Assembly: GCA_963662715.1 (NCBI GenBank)
Contig: OY759724.1
Coordinates: 1,140,001 to 1,172,000, forward strand
From: Candidatus Omnitrophota bacterium
GTDB lineage: Bacteria; Omnitrophota; Gorgyraeia; Zapsychrales; JANLHA01
DNA length: 32,000 nt
Direction of reading: 5' to 3'
Positions 30,001 through 32,000 of this stretch are shown piece after piece. Position 1 is the stretch's first letter; each line of letters opens with the position of its first letter. The position numbers were made by a program, and so were the translations under genes. The notes beneath the pieces were generated by a model. It saw nothing but the letters and a program-made list of their open reading frames with translations. It ran no database searches and was not told the DNA's origin.

Positions 30001-32000
30001 TTCTTACCAGCTCCCACAACTCCTCATCCGTGATCCCGCCCTCCGGCACATTCAACGCCTTGCGCCAGTACAACGCATTTGTTGGCTCATCATACAGGTA
30101 ATCCACAACACTCCGACCTTCCGGCAGCACCAGCTGATGCGTCGGAATCCAGATATACCGACTCGCACTGCTCCGCTCATCAAACGTGAACCGCACCGAT
30201 GACTGCAGCTGCAGCCCCAGCTCTTCCCTGCGGTCTTCTCCGAAACCTCTTTCTTTCAACCCGGCATCCGTATAGGTCTTCAGGCCCGGGAACGCGAACG
30301 TCCAGCCCTTGTACCACCAATCCAGCGGCTTGACGTCCATCCCCAGGATATGCGGCATGATAAAATGCGTGAACTGATCGCCCGGCTGCCTGGCGATGAT
30401 ATACGCCCCGAACTGGATCGGTTTGGCAAATCCTTTCACCTTGCGGCTGAACACCTCTTCGATCTCATTGAGCCGGTGCGGCCCGTTCCACGGCCGCGGC
30501 GTTACCCCGCCCTCTTCGATCGGCGAAGAAGTTTCTTCCAACGGCCTTAAGTCTCTGATCAAATCAAATTCGGCTAAATACCGCAACTCCTGGTCAGTCA
30601 AACGCTGTTGAGAAGAAGCGTTACGGACTTTACGAATCAAATCCTGCAGCTCAGGATTTTGCTCCCCGGTGAAAACATAAGGCACAAACCCGAAATGTTT
30701 AATGTAGAACACAGCCGCCCCGGCTTGCAGGGCATCGTCAGCAAACTCTTTATGAGCTGTTTCTCCTCCGAATTGTGAATTTGAAATAACAACGCCCTCA
30801 ACATCAGGATATAAAATCCGCACCGCATTCAATCTCTGTTCGAATATCTTCCTGGAGAAATAATGCCTGAACCTCGGGATGATCTTATATCCGATTGTGA
30901 TCTTATCATCCAGCAATGAATGGAACGCTCCATGACCGATCATGAGCTGCTTCTCCAGCAAGAAACCTTCCGCGCAGTTCGTCAGATCATCAGTGAACCA
31001 CATGATCTGCTGAATGCCAAAATCATGAGTCGCCACACAGCACGTTCGGGTCCCTTTGGCGCTGAATCCTCCGATCCAGAATTTCTGGAGTTTGAAATAA
31101 TCTATGAACTGTTTCAGGTAGGCCTGTCTTTGCTGTTCGGAAGCAACCAAGCGAACGTTCGGGAGAGATAAGAATGCTTCTAAATCGGCTTTGACGACCT
31201 CCGGGCTCTTGTCGTCATTGACCGGGGAGCTGCTGACACTATCGTCACGGCGGGTCGCGTCTGCTGACTGATCTTTAATGATCCGGACAGTCTGGTCAAA
31301 AACAAGCTCATAGACCGGGTCAAAGCTGTGGTCCAGGTACCGGTTATAAACTGTGAGGACTTTTTCCCTCCGGGCAATTGTCACATACGCCTGAGCCGGC
31401 AAATAGCTTCTGACCAACAGCACTTTAACTGTCCATTGTTTAAGTTCTACCTGATGCTCCACCTGCGCCAGCCGCCAGTGTTTCAAATACTTCTCTGGGA
31501 AGACATCATAATATTTCTCATATCCTTCATTGAGGAAAGGCAAACACAATTGCGTCTCCCATCTTTCCAAATGCTTGCTGACCAAGCCCGTTTGCGCATC
31601 TCTGTGTCTGTACCAGCGGGCAAGCATCCTCGTCCATGTCAACAGGGTTTCCCAGAGCCGTGTGCCGATACGATTCCGGAAGACAATGATTTCATTTTGT
31701 CCGGCTTCTGGCGCGGAAGACCGGGCATGCATTTGGACTTTTACAGCCTGCTGCCGACCTATCGGGGAAGAAGTTTTATTCTGCTCTTTTCGGTCTTCAT
31801 CCGAACTCTTTAAAACTTGTTTCTGTGCCGCGTGATCATGCGTCGTCAAAAGCTTCTGTGAGTTGGGCCATAAGGCCATAAGACCCAGGATGCCGCCGAT
31901 GACGTAGGAAACAACATCCCATTTATCCGGAGTTGAAGTGATGCCCCACCACTCCAGGACGACAGAAAGAGCAACCATCCAGAAAAGCGTTGTCTTGGCA
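1..32000 (-). CDS. Single giant multidomain ORF, open at both window edges (10,666 complete codons, 31999 down to 2). It is an internal fragment of a membrane-associated multi-enzyme protein of more than 10.6k aa.
   Basis: I read every plus-strand triplet in the phase starting at coordinates = 2 mod 3 (2-4, 5-7 ... 31997-31999). None is tta, cta or tca, so there is no TAA, TAG or TGA on the minus strand. All catalytic motifs and all 31 SSPx motifs listed here fall in this one phase. None of the 22 minus-strand ORFs in the supplied track is in this phase (their upper coordinates are 0 or 2 mod 3, never 1). This fits a track that reports only ATG-to-stop ORFs closed inside the window. Confidence 0.96.
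450..830 (-). other. Second HD-superfamily phosphohydrolase domain (HD-GYP-related layout)
   Basis: The sequence contains WRHGEAV (His 815-817), LMHDLGKG (HD = 716-721), LVHTSGS, ILNHHRP and FSVFDWITAYLDSSRPY. An SSPI junction at 893-904 separates it from the methyltransferase. Confidence 0.6.
940..1560 (-). other. Class I SAM-dependent methyltransferase domain (2)
   Basis: The sequence contains LRVADLGTGFGHF (motif I, VADLGTGFG = 1418-1444), KFVGLD, DFMVVNHVLEHL and LKVVSGTLVVSIP. Confidence 0.82.
2246..2350 (-). other. Predicted transmembrane hairpin (2 helices)
   Basis: GIFSFAGFAAFGLFGLAVFGLTSWALITACFGAVVLY. Confidence 0.6.
2620..3140 (-). other. GNAT-family N-acetyltransferase domain
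   Basis: GTSIVVPDMQGRGVGSELLKISLEYA (QGRGVGSELL = 2807-2836) matches the acetyl-CoA-binding motif A (Q/R-x-x-G-x-G/A). The module fills one inter-motif interval (234 aa). Confidence 0.75.
3600..3800 (-). other. Proline-rich linker
   Basis: PLPTPSWLNPMIWPQIMKAPVRTPERSPYRSRPQDRPVVPVE. Confidence 0.6.
3806..4300 (-). repeat. Five in-frame tandem repeats of 33-40 aa, each containing the SSSPL junction motif
   Basis: The unit consensus is vGA(s/v)TV(a/t)SSSPLSAEEYA-x-YL. The SSPL positions are 4256-4267, 4136-4147, 4025-4036, 3908-3919 and 3809-3820, giving periods of 120, 111, 117 and 99 nt. The two upstream units share a 57-nt stretch (4232-4288 vs 4112-4168) with 2 mismatches. Confidence 0.9.
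4415..4504 (-). other. Predicted transmembrane segment (1-2 helices)
   Basis: VIVIAVSSLLNRIMLIFMFLLDFLVRFLL. Confidence 0.5.
5000..6560 (-). other. Penicillin-binding transpeptidase domain
   Basis: The three motifs occur in canonical order: LELGSTAKP (SxxK = 6260-6271), DFDNW...ATQYSINLPFARL (SxN = 5945-5953), and NRGKTGTGDNRDN (KTGT = 5144-5155). The spacers are longer than in typical PBP1 proteins, with about 106 and 266 aa between motifs. Confidence 0.78.
6740..7350 (-). other. GT51 (peptidoglycan glycosyltransferase)-like domain, divergent
   Basis: TPGASTILTQVAKL (7133-7165 region) resembles GxSTITQQ, and EGVLNYLNQLRFAGGPEIY resembles KxxILxxYLN. The EDxxFxxHxG motif is not recognisable (AAVRENEEILRILFPED). 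The RKxxE glutamate motif is also not recognisable (AEKLRQISIA). Confidence 0.5.
7700..8180 (-). other. Cluster of about 5-6 predicted transmembrane helices
   Basis: The hydrophobic stretches are FLPVLYQPAGMILGGSAFVLGSIFGFSAVFSAV, LPWLIGTIVFFQAMWHLSYAL, ILVSLSTAGACSFVYMLSHFFFF, ALFNIVFVAAVILPYLLIMSVW and VRLGVLTVLMLGLAGM. The cluster lies immediately upstream of the PBP-like unit. Confidence 0.7.
8330..8700 (-). repeat. Four Trp/Arg-rich repeats of about 33-36 aa
   Basis: The four units are WILWQKRMETQWSDMRVKIRSLVREYHNRKFM, WKTEWMLRQKQLETRWPVWRRSIRTVMRRTQTLLSG, WNIQRILWQKQLGTRWSTWSLKLRMSARRYRHRIND and WDIARLLWQMQFAAF. The recurring core is (I/L)LWQKQL-x-TRW. Confidence 0.65.
8723..8776 (-). 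other. Predicted transmembrane helix
   Basis: FGLWIRALWSAFITFAVL is flanked by basic residues (KKQ ... KYKQYR). Confidence 0.6.
9260..9670 (-). other. HD-superfamily metal-dependent phosphohydrolase domain (HD-GYP-related layout, GYP absent)
   Basis: The sequence contains VIQHILAVAD (His 9656-9658), AAYLHDIAKV (HD = 9557-9562), RRHPKQG, IRYHHD and FFADYIDGYNDMTRPY. Confidence 0.65.
10890..11330 (-). other. Fic/DOC (Fido) domain with a non-canonical active-site motif
   Basis: The sequence is AIRLAALAFYRLVHIHPLYNGSERMSRLLANYIFVKY. The motif position HPLYNGSERMSR = 10943-10978, compared with the canonical HxFx[DE]GNGRxxR. His and both Arg residues are retained, while GNG is replaced by GSE. 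Confidence 0.65.
13262..14248 (-). other. Aldose 1-epimerase / galactose-mutarotase-like domain
   Basis: The ordered blocks are LLFPFANRF, VRHGFVRKLPF, VGYSMHYYFN, FPSGRL, DRFDFTRGRRLG, YDHVF and DFICIEPQT. They match the order of conserved blocks in the Aldose_epim family (PxxNR, HGF, HxYFN, iPxG, fDF..g..lg, D..F, f.ciEPqt). The module fills exactly one inter-motif interval (333 aa). Confidence 0.6.
15430..15775 (-). other. Coiled-coil region (about 115 aa)
   Basis: ARLEEISQLERDLKSAQ ... LLQRLDNNLIQQAKLRALQMEQ ... ETERDALRLEAMDLRVRLNDLVVKL is rich in L/E/Q/R/K with heptad-like spacing. No predictor was run. Confidence 0.5.
16810..17040 (-). other. HEAT / PBS-lyase-type repeats
   Basis: LADLLFYDSNEFVRSTAARGLAYG and EALRKGAEENNSYIANACRNGLA form two consecutive HEAT-like units. 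Confidence 0.4.
19328..19860 (-). repeat. Copy X of the conserved C-terminal subdomain of about 180 aa (paralogous to 25634-26170)
   Basis: See the entry for 25634-26170. The offset between the near-identical cores is 6309 nt (in frame), and both copies end in an SSPV junction (19316-19327 and 25622-25633). Confidence 0.85.
21137..21208 (-). other. Helix-turn-helix-like segment inside the 712-aa module X
   Basis: PFSIVEVHKQLGVSRRAVINYVKNI shows a pattern of hydrophobic helix, G-x-S/T turn, and basic recognition helix. This is a weak call made by eye only. Confidence 0.3.
21500..21950 (-). other. Class I SAM-dependent methyltransferase domain (1)
   Basis: The sequence contains RILEIGPQTGQLLL (motif I, ILEIGPQTG = 21842-21868) and KVEGLD (acidic end of strand 2), followed by YDITISQLVFDLF and LTKVGGFSLHE. 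Confidence 0.72.
22290..22620 (-). other. JAB/MPN (JAMM) metalloenzyme domain
   Basis: The sequence reads KREFGFVASGDG ... VLFAHSHDQDEYLPSLGDL. This is an exact JAMM motif H-x-H-x7-S-x2-D at 22373-22414, with the usual upstream Glu. Confidence 0.72.
23440..24040 (-). other. HEAT/ARM-like helical repeat region
   Basis: About 200 aa of short amphipathic helix pairs, for example PAIMDILVRRGGRRALHTYIHIL, LRPYLVQAMGEMKEDAL and IRAVRLLPKLLTGTSEKLVKEVKDVL. Assigned by eye only. Confidence 0.3.
24215..24730 (-). other. LOG-like domain 2 (degenerate glycine motif)
   Basis: The blocks IVIIGSSRLDEAKPEQ (24661-24720), VVGTGPIAKAVIDE, HFILPGRLGTFDVLSE (approx 24320-24375) and KPLALVGSAFWLPY occur in the same order as in domain 1. 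The first motif is degenerate. Confidence 0.45.
25040..25550 (-). other. LOG / TIGR00730-like (Lysine_decarbox family, SLOG superfamily) domain 1
   Basis: TPCTGGGPGLMQA (GGGPGLM = 25397-25417) matches the GGGxGxM motif. VGVGGFGTKDEFDES (approx 25100-25140) followed by VLVYANEFWKPVIDTM matches the PGGxGTxxE motif of the LOG family. Confidence 0.6.
25634..26170 (-). repeat. Copy Y of a conserved C-terminal subdomain of about 180 aa (paralogous to 19328-19860)
   Basis: Copy Y reads KFLFDLLSGKAVPEM...DRAFDIYYNRKGPHTL...ERNEFKRYISWRLYVARGVL...LWVNISDLLRMFELPLFDLFESVSADETLGQKVSRIISDY. The other copy reads RLFMEFLTNKGVAERL...DKAFDVYYTRKGPQTL...ERNEFKDYVGWRLYVARSVL...LWVNISDLLRMFELPLFDLFENISEDESLGQKVGRIISDY. 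A 58-nt core (25810-25867 vs 19501-19558) differs at only 3 positions. Confidence 0.85.
27830..28330 (-). other. M48-family zinc metallopeptidase domain (HtpX/BepA-like)
   Basis: The sequence contains GHELGHVFYRD (HELGH = 28112-28126), a downstream HHQEFKADRFAL block, and THPSVEARQ (His at 27866-27868). This matches the HExxH ... ExxAD ... HPxxxxR pattern typical of Peptidase_M48. Confidence 0.78.
29339..30517 (-). other. GC-rich module of unknown function (393 aa) bounded by two SSPI junction motifs
   Basis: The module lies between SSPI 30518-30529 and SSPI 29327-29338. I recognised no family by eye. Hand-counted GC of 60-nt lines is 55-65% inside (for example 29821, 29881, 30481). Lines just outside (29221, 30541) give 45%, and lines sampled elsewhere (9301, 16501) give 38-43%. 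The plus strand is strongly C-rich in this interval. Confidence 0.7.
31420..31670 (-). other. Trp/Arg-rich helical segment following the TM helices
   Basis: The sequence reads RLWETLLTWTRMLARWYRHRD ... LERWETQL ... LKHWRLAQVEHQVELKQW. Its composition and W spacing resemble the clearer repeats at 8330-8700. Confidence 0.4.
31868..31990 (-). other. Two predicted transmembrane helices (most N-terminal part visible in the window)
   Basis: The translation gives TTLFWMVALSVVLEWWGI (approx 31940-31990) and WDVVSYVIGGILGLMALW (31868-31921), two hydrophobic stretches of about 18 aa. No predictor was run. Confidence 0.6.

Noticed and set aside
29066-30202. A cluster of overlapping ORFs on both strands (29066-29650, 29586-29798, 29695-29913, 29698-29898, 29730-30017, 29732-30202) could suggest a small dense gene cluster.
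   Set aside because: They coincide with the GC-rich island, where stop codons are rare in all frames. The translations are low complexity (Arg/Pro/Ser runs), and the giant ORF runs through the interval in its own phase with normal-looking sequence.
1-32000. The absence of any long ORF in the supplied track suggested stop-codon reassignment (for example TGA or TAG recoding, as in some phages and candidate phyla).
   Set aside because: One minus-strand phase has no TAA, TAG or TGA anywhere in the window under the standard code, and it encodes many intact known motifs. The track misses it simply because the ORF has neither start nor stop inside the window.
1-32000. I considered whether the locus is an operon of about 30 ordinary genes whose boundaries are the SSPx sites.
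   Set aside because: There are no stop codons, no start-codon or Shine-Dalgarno-like arrangement at the junctions, and no phase changes. All modules and all junctions are in a single continuous frame.
1-32000. I considered the usual classes of giant bacterial protein: NRPS/PKS megasynthases, RTX or Ig-like adhesins, and Rhs/YD toxins.
   Set aside because: The translation shows no condensation, adenylation, thiolation or ketosynthase signatures. It also has no GGxGxD nonapeptides, no long arrays of Ig- or cadherin-like repeats, and no YD repeats. The only tandem repeats are short (3806-4300 and 8330-8700).
1-32000. I looked for rRNA, tRNA, ncRNA, IS elements or terminal inverted repeats, promoters, terminators and attachment sites.
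   Set aside because: I could not support any of these. The whole interval is coding in one frame, so intergenic signals are not expected. I did not systematically search for internal hairpins, so their absence is not proven.

Overview
The window contains no gene boundaries. It is one uninterrupted minus-strand reading frame, with codons on plus-strand triplets that start at coordinates equal to 2 mod 3. That gives 10,666 sense codons from 31999 down to 2, with no start and no stop inside the window. I read every in-phase triplet and found no tta, cta or tca, so the standard genetic code is sufficient. The supplied ORF track lists only ATG-to-stop ORFs closed inside the window. None of its 22 minus-strand entries is in this phase, so the real gene is invisible there and the listed ORFs are antisense or off-frame shadows.

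The hand translation is an internal fragment of a giant protein (more than 10.6k aa). It is not repetitive and is not an NRPS, PKS or adhesin. It is a chain of unrelated enzyme and membrane modules. From N to C terminus (high to low coordinates) these are:
- TM helices and a Trp/Arg-rich helical segment
- several unknown modules, one of which is a GC-rich island
- an M48 HExxH metallopeptidase
- a 712-aa unknown module
- two tandem LOG/TIGR00730-like domains
- HEAT-like repeats
- a JAB/MPN (JAMM) domain
- a class I SAM methyltransferase
- a second 712-aa module that shares a C-terminal subdomain with the first
- further unknown modules, HEAT repeats and a coiled coil
- an aldose-1-epimerase-like domain
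- a Fic domain with a degenerate motif
- an HD phosphohydrolase domain
- a TM anchor, Trp/Arg repeats and a 5-6 TM cluster, followed by a class A PBP-like unit (divergent GT51 plus an intact SxxK/SxN/KTG transpeptidase)
- another TM segment
- five tandem 33-40-aa repeats and a Pro-rich linker
- a GNAT acetyltransferase
- a TM hairpin
- a second SAM methyltransferase and a second HD domain

The most unusual signal is the tetrapeptide S-S-P-[V/I/L/M]. It occurs 31 times, always in this frame, and sits in hydrophilic linkers at module boundaries. This suggests a polyprotein-like or cassette-like architecture with defined junctions. No RNA genes, CRISPR arrays, mobile elements, promoters or terminators could be supported. 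Domain calls rest on motifs read by eye, not on database searches.
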